A stretch of DNA of 64,000 nt from an uncultured Acidobacteriota bacterium (GCA_963803155.1 CAWDMN010000011.1:32264-96263); one strand, 5' to 3'; shown: positions 1-9,650, counted from the first letter of the stretch. The notes: a model not told the origin generated them from the letters alone. Numbers and translations are program-made.

Positions 1-619
1 AGAGCGTTCGCCCGGAATAATTTTCGTTTAGGTATCGTCCTGTCTGGTCCAGGTCGGATTGGAAGAAATTTTCGTCCACCCGGATGATTCGATTCTGCAC
101 GAGGCCGGAACGGGAAACGAAAACCACCAGAATTTTTCCCTCTCCCATCGAGATGAATTCGATATGTTTTAACCTGTTTTGGTCCAGGGAAGGGGAAATG
201 ACAAATCCCAAATTGTCGCTAACCTGAGAGATGGCATCGGAGAGGCGCTCCATGACGTTGTCGTGCGATTCCATGTTGAAGAGCCGGTTGCTGATGAACT
301 CTTCTTCGGCGTGTTTCAGCTTGGAACTGACCATCAAGTGGTCGACATAGAACCGGTATCCCTCATCTGTGGGAATACGGCCAGCGGAGGTGTGCGGATG
401 AGTGAGATAACCCATCTCCTCAAGGTCAGACATGATGTTCCGTATCGTGGCGGCGCTGAGTCTGTCCCGGCTTTTCCTGGACAGAGAGCGGGACCCCACC
501 GGTTTCCCACTTGTGATGTAGGTGTCCACCACCGATCGCAGGATTTCCTTTTCTCTTTCGTTCAGCTCTGGATTTTTGTCCAAAACCATGTCCTTATCCC
601 CAATGTCCGAGGATTGCAT
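1..619 (-). CDS. hrcA: Heat-inducible transcription repressor HrcA, partial (C-terminus runs off the window start). The minus-strand translation from 619 reads MQSSDIGDKDMVLDKNPELNEREKEILRSVVDTYITSGKPVGSRSLS...ATIRNIMSDLEEMGYLTHPHTSAGRIPTDEGYRFYVDH
   Basis: I translated the minus strand by hand. The HrcA N-terminal winged-helix signature is present (ILxxVVxxYxxxGxPVGS, ATIRNxM, HTSAGRxPTxxGYRxYVD). The listed + ORF 179..625 is its antisense shadow. Confidence 0.8.
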   Translation of the reverse strand, partial: MQSSDIGDKDMVLDKNPELNEREKEILRSVVDTYITSGKPVGSRSLSRKSRDRLSAATIRNIMSDLEEMGYLTHPHTSAGRIPTDEGYRFYVDHLMVSSKLKHAEEEFISNRLFNMESHDNVMERLSDAISQVSDNLGFVISPSLDQNRLKHIEFISMGEGKILVVFVSRSGLVQNRIIRVDENFFQSDLDQTGRYLNENYSGRTL

Positions 620-656
620 GCTTAGACTTATATGTAATCTACCCCTTTTTTAAATG

Positions 657-1481
657 TCAAGCTATGGAGTTTTTTCCCCCACGTGGCTCTTCAATATATT
701 TCTGAATCCCAAGCCGGGAAATTTCCTCCAATTGATTCTCATCGAGATGAAAAGGCTTCAGTTGGATTTGAAATGTGCTGGAAAATCCCCTGGAGAGAAT
801 TTCGCCAATTGTCGATTCGGGAGTGACGGCCGGCAGTAAATCTTGGAGCACCGCGACTTGCCGATGTCCGCGGTGAGGAACGGCGTGCAATAAGGAATTT
901 TCCCACAAAAAATCATCATAAGCGATCAGGATGGATCCATGCTGCAAGAATGCATGTTTCAGTCGCCTTTGTGCGCTCCCCGCCAATTTGCGCCCCTGGC
1001 AAAGAATTTCATAATGATTGGCCAAGGCAAAACAAGAGAGAGTCATGCCTCTTCCGGGCAATGAGGCGGTGACCGATTCTCCGGTCGCCAGGCTGGTTTC
1101 AATTCCCATGCCTTTTAAGCCGGCCTGCAAGCCGGCGCTGATCAGCCGGTACGTTTCCAAAATATTCTGGAGTGGAAAATGGTCCGCATCATTGGAAACA
1201 ACGGCATAGGTTATTTCTTGGTGGTGCAGAACGGCTTTGCCGCCAGTGGCTCTTCGTACGATTCCAATCCCCTGTTTCCGGCAAAAATCAAAATTAACTA
1301 CTTTAGAAGCTTTTTGTGAAATTCCCAAAGAGAGAGTGGGTGTACTCCATTGATAAAATCTCAAGTAGGTGGCCGGATGATGTGGATCACATTCCAATTC
1401 CGATAGAAGAAATTCATCCAACGCCATGTTGTAACCGCCCGGACAAGGCCCGTCCAGGATCCAACGCCAGGTTTTTTCCAT
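657..1481 (-). CDS. Lipoate-protein ligase / octanoyltransferase family protein (BPL/LPL catalytic domain)
   Basis: 274-aa ORF with an LplA/LipB-like BPL_LPL catalytic-domain pattern (RRxTGGxAVxH, a GxK motif late in the domain). Family-level call from memory only. Confidence 0.65.
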   Translation of the reverse strand: MEKTWRWILDGPCPGGYNMALDEFLLSELECDPHHPATYLRFYQWSTPTLSLGISQKASKVVNFDFCRKQGIGIVRRATGGKAVLHHQEITYAVVSNDADHFPLQNILETYRLISAGLQAGLKGMGIETSLATGESVTASLPGRGMTLSCFALANHYEILCQGRKLAGSAQRRLKHAFLQHGSILIAYDDFLWENSLLHAVPHRGHRQVAVLQDLLPAVTPESTIGEILSRGFSSTFQIQLKPFHLDENQLEEISRLGIQKYIEEPRGGKNSIA

Positions 1482-1541
1482 GGGATTCTCTGCCTTGGCA
1501 ATTTTTAAAAAAAACGCACCTGCTCAGATCCTCTGGTAAAT

Positions 1542-1653
1542 GGTAGCCACGGTGAGCGTTTTACCGCGAGCCGTGGGCTTTTGACTGGGTGGCCAGGTTC
1601 CACGCCTCGTAAAATGCACTCAGCGTGGCTACCACACAGAGGAGTGCTGAGTA
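1542..1653 (-). repeat. Interspersed structured repeat family 1, copy a (inverted relative to the copies at 8383 and 9866)
   Basis: Reverse complement matches 9866..9980 nearly base for base. The core is CTGAGTGCATTTTACGAGGNGTGGAACCTG, with GTGGCTACC and GTGCTGAGTAG ends. Confidence 0.7.
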
Positions 1654-1826
1654 GTTTCAATTTTTCTTTGTTAAAGAGCTGGGCAGAGATTCGAAAAACA
1701 ACACCATTGAGATCAGTCCTGGCCATTTAGTCTTGAAGGAAATTATCTCATATTCAACTTTTTTTCCGATTACTCCGTGCCATCGTGACTCTGTGGAATG
1801 TTGATTCCTGCTCTGCCACGCAAGAA

Positions 1827-2939
1827 TTAACGGATCAACTCATCCAGTGGAGTGTAAGACAGGTTGAGAGATTCGGCCACCGCGCGATACGTGACATGGC
1901 CGTCGAAAACGTTCACTCCCTCCTTGAGTCCGGGATTAGAGAGAATGGCTTCTTTTAGCCCGAGTTTGCTCAACTTTATGGCGTATGGAAGCGTAGCGTT
2001 GGTCAAGGCAAAGGTCGAGGTGCGAGGGACTGCTCCCGGCATATTGGCCACACAGTAATGAAGCACTCCATCCACATAAAAGGTAGGATGGCTGTGTGTG
2101 GTGGGATGCGTGGTTTCCATGCATCCTCCCTGGTCGACGGCAACGTCAATGATAACGGCTCCCTTTTTCATTTGGGCGACCATTTCCCGGGTAACCAATT
2201 TGGGCGCGGAAGCGCCAGGGATCAAAACGCTCCCGATCAGAAGGTCAGCCTTGCGCGTGGAATGAGAAATGGTGACATGATTTGACGCCAGCGTGGCAAT
2301 GTGGCCGAGGAAGATGTCGTCAAGATAGCGCAGACGGTGCAAGTTGCTGTCGAGGATCGTCACCTGAGCACCCATGCCCATGGCGATTTTGGCGGCGTTT
2401 AATCCCACTACTCCTCCCCCAACGATGACTACTTGGGCGGGGGGAACTCCCGGGACCCCTCCAAGCAAGATGCCTCTTCCTCCCTGGTTTTTCTCCAAAT
2501 ACTGGGCTCCGACTTGAACCGCCATCCGGCCCGCCACTTCGCTCATCGGAGTCAATAAGGGCAGGCTTCCATCAGTATCCTTGATCGTCTCATAGGCTAT
2601 GCCAACGACCTTCCGTTCCACCAAGACCCGCGTGAGTTCAGGCAGGGGAGCTAGATGGAGATAGGTGAATAATATTTGGTTTTCACGCAGCCGGGGATAT
2701 TCCTCAGGGATGGGCTCTTTCACCTTGATAATCATCTCCGCTTGAGCCCAGACCTGCTCACGGGAAGCGAGGGTACCTCCCGCCGCGATATAATCCTGAT
2801 CGGCGATTCCGCTGCCTTCGCCGGCCCCTTCCTGGATGATTACTTTGTGGCCCAAATCAGCTAGGGCCTTTACACCGGCCGGAACAAGCCCGACCCGGTT
2901 TTCATTGTCCTTGATTTCCTTCGGAACACCAATGTTCAT
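1827..2939 (-). CDS. ald: Alanine dehydrogenase
   Basis: 370 aa, starts [23 protein letters not shown]. Rossmann motif [24 protein letters not shown], typical Ald length, GGAGG ribosome-binding site upstream of the ATG at 2939. Confidence 0.9.
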   Translation of the reverse strand: MNIGVPKEIKDNENRVGLVPAGVKALADLGHKVIIQEGAGEGSGIADQDYIAAGGTLASREQVWAQAEMIIKVKEPIPEEYPRLRENQILFTYLHLAPLPELTRVLVERKVVGIAYETIKDTDGSLPLLTPMSEVAGRMAVQVGAQYLEKNQGGRGILLGGVPGVPPAQVVIVGGGVVGLNAAKIAMGMGAQVTILDSNLHRLRYLDDIFLGHIATLASNHVTISHSTRKADLLIGSVLIPGASAPKLVTREMVAQMKKGAVIIDVAVDQGGCMETTHPTTHSHPTFYVDGVLHYCVANMPGAVPRTSTFALTNATLPYAIKLSKLGLKEAILSNPGLKEGVNVFDGHVTYRAVAESLNLSYTPLDELIR

Positions 2940-3371
2940 GATCGTTTTCCTCCATAGTTGGAGATATGAATTGGACTTTAATGCCCGTCGGCGCTTCTGC
3001 CTTCAGCGACCCGCCAAGGGAAGAACGGACCGGGATTTTCATGAAATAATTTCCGCTGCCGCTGACTGATTCACGAAACCATGGGAGCGGACCGCCCGCG
3101 CGCCAAGCCGCAATCCGTCGCACGAATTCCATCGAGAGCAGGCAGCGCGCCGGTTTTATTTGCGGGATTAATCCTTCGGCATCGACTCCCTCTTCACATA
3201 TCGGGCGCAAATCCACCTGAGATGATAGAAATATGAATTGCGCGATATGGGGGAATTTCCATCGGCAGGATGGTGATGTGTAGAGACCCCGCGAGTCTTG
3301 TGCTTTCGAGCCGGGACCGCACAACTTCAATCGTCTTCCATTCTAATCCTGCTCATGCCCTGAATCGCCGC

Positions 3372-3417
3372 AAAAAAAAACCGGACTCCCTTCAGATGAG
3401 AATCCGGGTTGTTTTGC
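3372..3417 (-). terminator. Rho-independent terminator downstream of the corrinoid-protein gene. The flanking T-run on the + strand makes it possibly bidirectional.
   Basis: The minus-strand RNA forms a 10-bp stem (CCGGAUUCUC...GGGAGUCCGG, two G-U pairs) followed by U9. The + strand has TTGTTTTG after the stem. Confidence 0.5.
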
Positions 3418-3438
3418 AAAATAATTCGACAATACAAA

Positions 3439-4074
3439 TTAGGCGGCAAGCACCTTGCGAGCCGTAGTAACAGCTCCATTAGCGTTATCGCTATACCCAT
3501 CCGCTCCGATTTCCCGGGCAAATTGCGGCGTGACCGGAGCGCCTCCCACCAAGATCTTTACCTGCTCTCGAATCCCAGCCTGTTTCAGGGCTTCAATGGT
3601 GGTTTTCATGGAGGGCATGGTCGTGGTTAACAGCGCCGAGAGACAAATCAAGTTGGCGTTCTTTTCCTTCACTGTGTTGATTATTTTTTCGGCGCTGACA
3701 TCCACACCAAGGTCATATACTTCAAAACCACCGCCTTCCAGCATGGAAGCAACGAGATTTTTGCCAATGTCGTGCAGGTCTCCCTTCACGGTGCCTATCA
3801 CGACGCGGCCGGCGGGCACGGCGCCTTTCTGGGCCAGCAGAGGCCGGAGCAACTCAAGAGATCCTTTCATGGCTCGGGCGGCAATTAAAAGTTCAGGCAC
3901 AAAAAACTCATTACATTCAAATCGGCGGCCCACTTCCTGCATGGCGGGGATCATATATTTCGCCACCATTTCTTGCGGATCGGCGTCGGCAGCCAGCGCT
4001 TCCTTGGTTGTGGCAACCGCGGTCTTGGCGTCGCCGTTCAAGATAGCCTCATACAATTTGGCAAGATCAGGCAT
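3439..4074 (-). CDS. Cobalamin (B12)-binding corrinoid protein: N-terminal helical cap plus Rossmann B12-binding domain
   Basis: 211 aa. DxHxxG motif (GDLHDIGKN), SxL (SALL) and GG (VGGAP) motifs of the B12-binding domain. No DNA-binding or methyltransferase domain fused. Confidence 0.75.
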   Translation of the reverse strand: MPDLAKLYEAILNGDAKTAVATTKEALAADADPQEMVAKYMIPAMQEVGRRFECNEFFVPELLIAARAMKGSLELLRPLLAQKGAVPAGRVVIGTVKGDLHDIGKNLVASMLEGGGFEVYDLGVDVSAEKIINTVKEKNANLICLSALLTTTMPSMKTTIEALKQAGIREQVKILVGGAPVTPQFAREIGADGYSDNANGAVTTARKVLAA

Positions 4075-4344
4075 GAAACCTCCTCTGGGTACAGTGTGCT
4101 CCTCAAATCGGGCACATTATATCTATCTTCAGGTTCCTCTGTCATCAAGAAATCAAGGGTTCCTTTTTTGCGGGAGATTTCCGACAAAACCGTGATATAA
4201 AACGCAAGTGCTCGGGATTAAGGCTTCCTTGAGCGGAATCCAAAGGAGGGTACTCCCTCCACTTGGCTGCCCTCCGGCGACTTTTGTGCCTTGCCGAGGC
4301 TCAGAGTCCACTGATTCTGGCAAGCTGCGCCAACAAGAGGAGAC

Positions 4345-4480
4345 ATTCATGCCAGCGTGGCTGGCACGCTGCTGGCTCAGCACGACAATGAAAATGGGAT
4401 GATGGAGGTGGCCTGCCCTCAGGCCGTCTCAGCAAACTTGGCAATCTCAGGCGGGGGCACCCCGCCTCCCTCCACGCTAG
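4345..4480. repeat. Interspersed structured repeat family 3, copy a, in the 5' leader of the downstream PLP-enzyme gene
   Basis: Shares GAAAATGGGATGATGGAGGYGGCCTGCCCTCAGGCCGTCTCAGCA...CAGGCGG..GCACCCCGCCTCC with 20990..21160 and 62105..62240 in inverted orientation. Internal inverted repeat GGAGGCGG/CCGCCTCC. Produces spurious N-terminal extensions on ORFs 4357.. and 4301..4495. Confidence 0.65.
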
Positions 4481-4497
4481 TTTCTGAGGAGTCAAAT

Positions 4498-5640
4498 ATG
4501 GCGGACGAAATTCAAAAAAATAAATTGGAAACCATGGCCGTCCATTTGGGGCGGGATGTGGATCCCTCTACCGGGGCAGTCACTCCACCCATACACCTCT
4601 CCACTACCTACGAGCGGGGGGATGATGGAAATTATCCGCGCCAATACATCTATAGCCGGATGGATAATCCAAACCGCCGGGCGGTGGAAACTGCTGTTGC
4701 CGCTCTGGAAAATGGGAAAAAAGGATTTGCTTTTTCCTCAGGTTTGGCGGCCACTGCCGCGCTTCTGCAATGTTTTCAACCTGGAGATCACTGGATATTG
4801 CCACACGATATTTACTATGGAACCGGGGCATTGGCCCGCGAAGTATTTTCCCGTTGGGGGCTGGAGTATTCTTTTGTGAATGTAAGCAATCCGGACCTGT
4901 TAGTCCAGTCCTTCCGGCCCAATACCAGAATGGTTTGGATTGAAACTCCATCCAATCCTCTTTTGCAGATTGTGGATCTTGAAAAAACAGCGGAGCTATG
5001 CCATTGCCGAGGCGCTCTCTGTGTTTGCGATAATACCTGGGCGACTCCGGTTTTGCAGAATCCGCTCCAATTTGGGGCCGATGCCGTAGTTCACTCCTCC
5101 ACTAAATATCTCGGGGGCCATAGCGATCTTTTGGGCGGATTTGTAGTTGTGGCGCGAGACGATGAATTGGCTCAATCGCTTCGCCGCATTCAATCTTTGG
5201 GCGGAGCCGTGCCTTCCCCCTTTGAGTGTTGGCTTTTATTGCGGAGCCTTCCCACCTTGCCGTTGCGGGTCAAGACGCAGGCCCAGTCCGCCATGCGGGT
5301 TGCGGCTTTTCTGGATGCGCATCCCGCCGTTGAAATCGTGCATTACCCCGGATTGCCTCAACATGCCGGACATCAGGTTGCCGCAAGGCAAATGAGTCTG
5401 CCTGGCGGGATGCTTTCATTTCAGGTCAAAGGTGGGAAAGAGCCAGCCATGCGGATTGCGGCGCGCGTGAAGCTGTTCACTCGGGCTACCAGCCTGGGAG
5501 GAGTGGAGAGCTACATCGAACATCGGGCTTCTATCGAGCCCCCTGGAGGTCAGACGCCTCAGAGCTTGCTGCGGGTTTCCATCGGGTTGGAAAATGTAGA
5601 AGATTTGATCGACGATCTTGATCAGGCGATGTCAGATTAG
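4498..5640 (+). CDS. Cys/Met-metabolism PLP-dependent enzyme (cystathionine gamma-synthase / beta-lyase / methionine gamma-lyase family)
   Basis: 380 aa from MADEIQKNK, with GAGGA ribosome-binding site. PLP-lysine motif SSTKYLGGHSDLLGG and family-typical ends (PPIHLSTTYE...VSIGLENVEDLIDDL). The upstream in-frame residues are repeat-derived. Confidence 0.85.
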   Translation: MADEIQKNKLETMAVHLGRDVDPSTGAVTPPIHLSTTYERGDDGNYPRQYIYSRMDNPNRRAVETAVAALENGKKGFAFSSGLAATAALLQCFQPGDHWILPHDIYYGTGALAREVFSRWGLEYSFVNVSNPDLLVQSFRPNTRMVWIETPSNPLLQIVDLEKTAELCHCRGALCVCDNTWATPVLQNPLQFGADAVVHSSTKYLGGHSDLLGGFVVVARDDELAQSLRRIQSLGGAVPSPFECWLLLRSLPTLPLRVKTQAQSAMRVAAFLDAHPAVEIVHYPGLPQHAGHQVAARQMSLPGGMLSFQVKGGKEPAMRIAARVKLFTRATSLGGVESYIEHRASIEPPGGQTPQSLLRVSIGLENVEDLIDDLDQAMSD

Positions 5641-5643
5641 GAT

Positions 5644-5830
5644 CTTTGTATAGAGTGTATTTTTTGGTAGGTTGCGTTAGCTATAAGAGCGTATCGTATC
5701 GGGGAGGCCGCATCCATCGCCTGATAGGTTACGCGCGGATGACTGCTGTCATCGCGCGCTAACCCATCCTACAAAAACGGTTTTGCGCACTCCATAATGG
5801 ACTTTGATAATACTCCGAGGCCTCAGAGGG
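5644..5830. repeat. Interspersed structured repeat family 2, copy a
   Basis: Aligns with 60024..60215 across CTTTGTATARAGTG..TTTTTTGTAG.TGCGTTAGC...GGGGAKGCCGCATCCAWCGCCTGAT.GGTKACGCGCGGATGAC.GCTGTCA.C.CGCGCTAACCCATCCTACAAAAAC.G.TTT.CGCACT. Contains hairpins GGATGCCGCATCC and GCGCGGATGAC/GTCATCGCGCGC. Confidence 0.65.
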
Positions 5831-5862
5831 CTTGACGGATATTTATGGCGGAGTAGAGAAAA

Positions 5863-7017
5863 ATGAAAATTGTATTGGCGCCGGATTCATTTAAAGGCAG
5901 TTTGTCCGCCGGGGAAATATGCGAAGCTATGGAGGCCGGGGTGCGCAAGGTGTTCCCCCAGGCCGAAGTTGTGAAAATTCCCATGGCGGACGGAGGAGAA
6001 GGGACAGTGGCCGCCCTTGTCGCCGCGACAGGGGGACGTTTTGTGCAGACCGAAGTCGTGGGACCCTTGGGACAACCTGTTCACGCTGAATATGGCATCT
6101 TGGGGGATGGTACGACCGGTGTCATCGAGATGGCCTCTGCCTCCGGGCTGCCCCTGGTGTCGGCTGACAAACGGAATCCCTTGAAGACCACGACTTATGG
6201 AACCGGTCAGCTGATATTGGAGGCTCTTCGGCAAGGGTGCTCACGGCTGATCATCGGCATTGGAGGATCTGCCACAACTGATTGTGGCACGGGCATGGCT
6301 CAGGCTATGGGCGTACAATTCTTCCGTCCGGATGGTTCTCGCATCAACGAATATATGACAGGCGCACTTATGGGAGAAGTCGGGCGGATTGGGCTGGACG
6401 AGATGACACCTATGTTGGGAAGAGCCGTGCTGACCGTTGCCTGCGATGTGGAAAATCCTCTGCTTGGCCCACAAGGAGCCGTGATGGTCTACTCGCGTCA
6501 AAAAGGGGCCAACGACAGACAATTGGATATATTGGAAAAAAACATGGAGAGGGTGATCTGGGTGATTGAACAAACCGTCGGACGATCCATCCGGGAGATT
6601 CCGGGAACTGGCGCCGCTGGCGGCCTGGGGGCCGGACTAATTGCCTTTGCCCGAGCCAAATTATCTCCGGGAGTCCGGTTAGTCCTGGATGCCTGTTCAT
6701 TCGAGGGGAAAATCGCCGGGGCTTCCCTCATTTTCACGGGCGAGGGAAGAGTCGACTTCCAAACCGCTTTTGGCAAGACCATCAGTGGAGTTGTGGCGGA
6801 GGCTTCCAAACAGTCTATCCCGGTGATTGTCGTGGCAGGCAGCGTTCGCGATGAGGCGGAAAACCTCTATAATTCCGGCGTGAGCTCCATGTTTTCCATC
6901 TGTTCAGGTCCAATGAGCCTGGAAAATGCCGTCAGCCAAACTGCGCATCTGGTGGAAAAATGCGTGGAGAGAATCCTGCGCGCTGTTGTGTGTGTCAAAC
7001 TCGATTATGCGAAGTAA
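5863..7017 (+). CDS. glxK: Glycerate kinase (GlxK/GarK family)
   Basis: 384 aa, MKIVLAPDSFKGSLSAGEICEAM...IGIGGSATTDCGTGMAQAMG...GTGAAGGLGAGL. Canonical glycerate kinase family signature and length. Confidence 0.9.
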   Translation: MKIVLAPDSFKGSLSAGEICEAMEAGVRKVFPQAEVVKIPMADGGEGTVAALVAATGGRFVQTEVVGPLGQPVHAEYGILGDGTTGVIEMASASGLPLVSADKRNPLKTTTYGTGQLILEALRQGCSRLIIGIGGSATTDCGTGMAQAMGVQFFRPDGSRINEYMTGALMGEVGRIGLDEMTPMLGRAVLTVACDVENPLLGPQGAVMVYSRQKGANDRQLDILEKNMERVIWVIEQTVGRSIREIPGTGAAGGLGAGLIAFARAKLSPGVRLVLDACSFEGKIAGASLIFTGEGRVDFQTAFGKTISGVVAEASKQSIPVIVVAGSVRDEAENLYNSGVSSMFSICSGPMSLENAVSQTAHLVEKCVERILRAVVCVKLDYAK

Positions 7018-7103
7018 ATATTCACTATGTCATAATCTCCTTTGAGATGAATTGGCAGGTCTGGAGTCGGCGGTTAATCGCTTTTTTCCGTGTGAGGTTT
7101 GCG

Positions 7104-8372
7104 ATGAAGGTCAAATTGGAATATGGCAAGAATGGATTGGAAGTGGATCTGCCCGATCAGGGGGTGGAGATTATTGAACCGCATTTCGTGGATGGTCTGG
7201 ACGATGAGACCCAGGCACTTCTGCAGGCTCTTAAAAATCCCATAGGCAGTGGGCCGCTGCACGAGGTTGTCTCTGCCTCCGATTCGGTCGCGATAATTTT
7301 TCCTGATCGGACACGCGCCATGCCGAGTGATCGAGTCTTGCCCGTCCTCCTCTCTGCGCTTGCTCATGTGCCCAAAGAGAAGATCACCTTGATCAATGCG
7401 GTTGGAACTCACCGGGAAAACAGCCTGGATGAATTGATCGCGATGTTGGGACGATCGGTAGTCGAGAATTATCGGATTGTGCAGCACCGGCCCAAAGACA
7501 AGAACAGCATGGTTTTTTTGGGGAAGAGCAGCTTCGGACATGAAATTTGGGTAAACCGGGATTTCATGGAAGCCAAGGTCAAAATTCTTACCGGATTTAT
7601 CGAGCCTCACTTTTTTGCCGGCTTTTCGGGAGGCCCCAAAGCTGTTTTGCTGGGGGTTGGCGCTTTTGAGAGCATTCTGCACAATCATTCGGCTCCCATG
7701 CTGGACAGCCCTTTTGCCACATGGGGTGAGACTGAACGGAATCCCATTTATCGAGAGATGTCGGAAATTGCCGCTCTAGCTGGTCCGGATTTTATTTTGA
7801 ATGTCACCATGAACCGCAGTCGGCACATCACCGGAGTCTTTGCCGGTGATTGGCGTCAAGCCCACCGGCAGGGCTGTGATTTTGCCCGCCAGTGTGTCAT
7901 GCGTCCGGTGGAGGAGCCCTATGATGCAGTGATTACCACTAATTCAGGATTTCCGCTGGATATGAATCTTTATCAGGCCGTGAAAGGAATGTCAGGAGCC
8001 GCGCGCATCCTCAAGCCGGGCGGGTCGATTCTGATTGCCGCGGAATGTTCTGACGGAATCCCCGCGGAAGGGCACTTCCGCAGTCTGCTGCATTCCCGTC
8101 AGACTCCGGCGGAATTGCTCGATATGGTGCGAAGTTTCTCCGAACCTGTCCATGACCAGTGGGAGGTTCAGATCCTCGCCCAAATCCTCCTGAAAGCGAA
8201 AGTTTATCTTTATTCCAGCTTGCCGGACGAGGAGGTTCGAGGCGCACATATCATTCCTCTGCGTGACATAGGAGCACTGGTGCGTCATCTGCAGGCTAAA
8301 GTTGGGCCGGCCTGCCGGATCGCTGTTTTGCCGGAAGGTCCGCAGACTGTGCCGTTTCTTAGAAATTGTTGA
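7104..8372 (+). CDS. LarA-family nickel-pincer-cofactor-dependent 2-hydroxyacid racemase/epimerase homolog (lactate racemase-like, DUF2088)
   Basis: 422 aa from MKVKLEYGKNGLEVDLPD. The LarA-like motif GFIEPHFFAGFSGGPK contains the conserved His and the cofactor-tethering Lys. GAGG ribosome-binding site. The residues upstream of Met are probably not translated. Confidence 0.7.
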   Translation: MKVKLEYGKNGLEVDLPDQGVEIIEPHFVDGLDDETQALLQALKNPIGSGPLHEVVSASDSVAIIFPDRTRAMPSDRVLPVLLSALAHVPKEKITLINAVGTHRENSLDELIAMLGRSVVENYRIVQHRPKDKNSMVFLGKSSFGHEIWVNRDFMEAKVKILTGFIEPHFFAGFSGGPKAVLLGVGAFESILHNHSAPMLDSPFATWGETERNPIYREMSEIAALAGPDFILNVTMNRSRHITGVFAGDWRQAHRQGCDFARQCVMRPVEEPYDAVITTNSGFPLDMNLYQAVKGMSGAARILKPGGSILIAAECSDGIPAEGHFRSLLHSRQTPAELLDMVRSFSEPVHDQWEVQILAQILLKAKVYLYSSLPDEEVRGAHIIPLRDIGALVRHLQAKVGPACRIAVLPEGPQTVPFLRNC

Positions 8373-8382
8373 TCGATTCATG

Positions 8383-8447
8383 TGGCTATTCAGCACCCCT
8401 CTGCGTGGCACCCTGCTGAGTGCATTTTACGAGGGGTGGAGCCTGGC
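8383..8447 (+). repeat. Repeat family 1, copy b (truncated)
   Basis: GTGGCTATTCAGCACCCCTCTGCGTGGCACCCTGCTGAGTGCATTTTACGAGGGGTGGAGCCTGG matches the reverse complement of 1542..1653 and 9866..9925. Confidence 0.6.
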
Positions 8448-8735
8448 TTATGAGCTTATGATTGGTAGGCGTGTCAACGATCGGAACGATAGGTAAAATA
8501 TTTACAGGTTTTAAACACCGGCGGACGATCCCATTGGGCCATTTTGTACCGGCATTCTCATTACATACACTGATCTACAACTTGCCTTGTGGGAATTTGT
8601 TCGTTAAAAAAACAATTTGAAGTGGAAACACTTTTCTTTTGGTGTATGATGATTAATTTATTGTCGAGACGAGCACAGTGAACGTCCGCCAGCCAATTTG
8701 AAGATTGTGAATTCGGTAATTTAATGGAGGAAAAA

Positions 8736-9650
8736 ATGAACGAATCCTGGAAGCGGTATATGAAGTTGGGACTGATTCAATTTATGGCCTATCCGCAGGT
8801 CATCAAAGGGGAAGGTCCGGTTTTGGAAACCCTGGAAAAGATTCTCAATGATGAGTTTTTTGACGCAGTTGAAGTCACCACCATCAAGGACCCGGCGGTT
8901 CGCGAGAAGGCCCGCAAAATGATCGCCGCCAGCAAAGTGATTGCGGCTTATGGGGGCCAACCGGTTCAATTGGTCAACAAGTTGGATTTGAACAGTTTTG
9001 ACGCGGCGGAACGTGCGCGGGTCATAGGTATTTGCAAATCCTGTGTGGATGAAGCCTATGAACTGGGAGCCGTTGGCGTCGCCTTCTTAAGCGGCCCGGA
9101 TCCGGGAGTGGCGCGGAGGGCGGAGGCCACCGATTTGCTCCATGATTCACTGGATCAAATTTGCGCTTATGCCGCTTCCAAAGGAACCATCAAAGTAGCG
9201 CTGGAAACGTTCGATCAAGCGGTGGACAAAAAAGCCTTGATGGGATCCAATTCCGATGCCGCCAAATTATCTGCCCGCTTGCGCCAGAAGCACCCGAATT
9301 TCGGGTTGATGCTGGATTTGAGCCATTTCCCCATTCAATTCGAATCCACGCGGGATGCGCTTTATGCCGCCAAGGATCACCTCATTCATGCGCACATGGG
9401 CAACTGCATCTTGAAAGATAAAAATCAGCCCGGCTATGGGGATGCTCATCCACGCTTTGGAATTCCAGGTGGCGAGAACGATGTCCCTGAATTAGCGGAA
9501 TATTTGAAGACCCTGTTGGAAATCGGTTACCTGAGCAAGGAGCGGCGTCCGATCCTGAGTTTCGAAGTAAAACCGATGCCTGATGAATCCAGCGAGGTCG
9601 TGATTGCCAATGCCAAACGGACCTTCATCGAAGCTTGGGATTCGATTTAG
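8736..9650 (+). CDS. Sugar phosphate isomerase/epimerase (xylose-isomerase-like TIM barrel)
   Basis: About 305 aa from MNESWKRYMKLGLIQF, with a GGAGG ribosome-binding site 6 nt upstream. The fold-typical His/Glu/Asp pattern is present (ETFDQ, LDLSHF, HAHMGN). Confidence 0.7.
   Translation: MNESWKRYMKLGLIQFMAYPQVIKGEGPVLETLEKILNDEFFDAVEVTTIKDPAVREKARKMIAASKVIAAYGGQPVQLVNKLDLNSFDAAERARVIGICKSCVDEAYELGAVGVAFLSGPDPGVARRAEATDLLHDSLDQICAYAASKGTIKVALETFDQAVDKKALMGSNSDAAKLSARLRQKHPNFGLMLDLSHFPIQFESTRDALYAAKDHLIHAHMGNCILKDKNQPGYGDAHPRFGIPGGENDVPELAEYLKTLLEIGYLSKERRPILSFEVKPMPDESSEVVIANAKRTFIEAWDSI

Noticed and set aside
179-625. 148-aa + strand ORF
   Set aside because: It is the antisense frame of hrcA, whose minus-strand translation shows a clear HrcA signature. 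No ribosome-binding site and no recognisable motifs.
621-660. Possible CIRCE operator (TTAGCACTC-N9-GAGTGCTAA) expected upstream of hrcA
   Set aside because: The only TTAG-containing stretch (TTAGACTTATATGTAATCTA) is not an inverted repeat and does not match the consensus. The true element may be degenerate or located elsewhere.
2902-3330. 142-aa minus ORF between ald and the corrinoid gene
   Set aside because: It overlaps the ald start, has no ribosome-binding site or recognisable domain, and has a low-complexity composition. It is probably a non-coding promoter region.
3455-4195. 246-aa + ORF
   Set aside because: It lies entirely antisense to the corrinoid-protein gene and has a Ser/Pro/Ala-rich low-complexity translation typical of GC-rich antisense frames.
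4200-4340. Possible SAM riboswitch in the leader of the Cys/Met PLP enzyme gene
   Set aside because: It contains GGAGGG but lacks the SAM-I core (GGAGGGACUGGCCC...GCAACC). The leader is instead occupied by a family-3 repeat.
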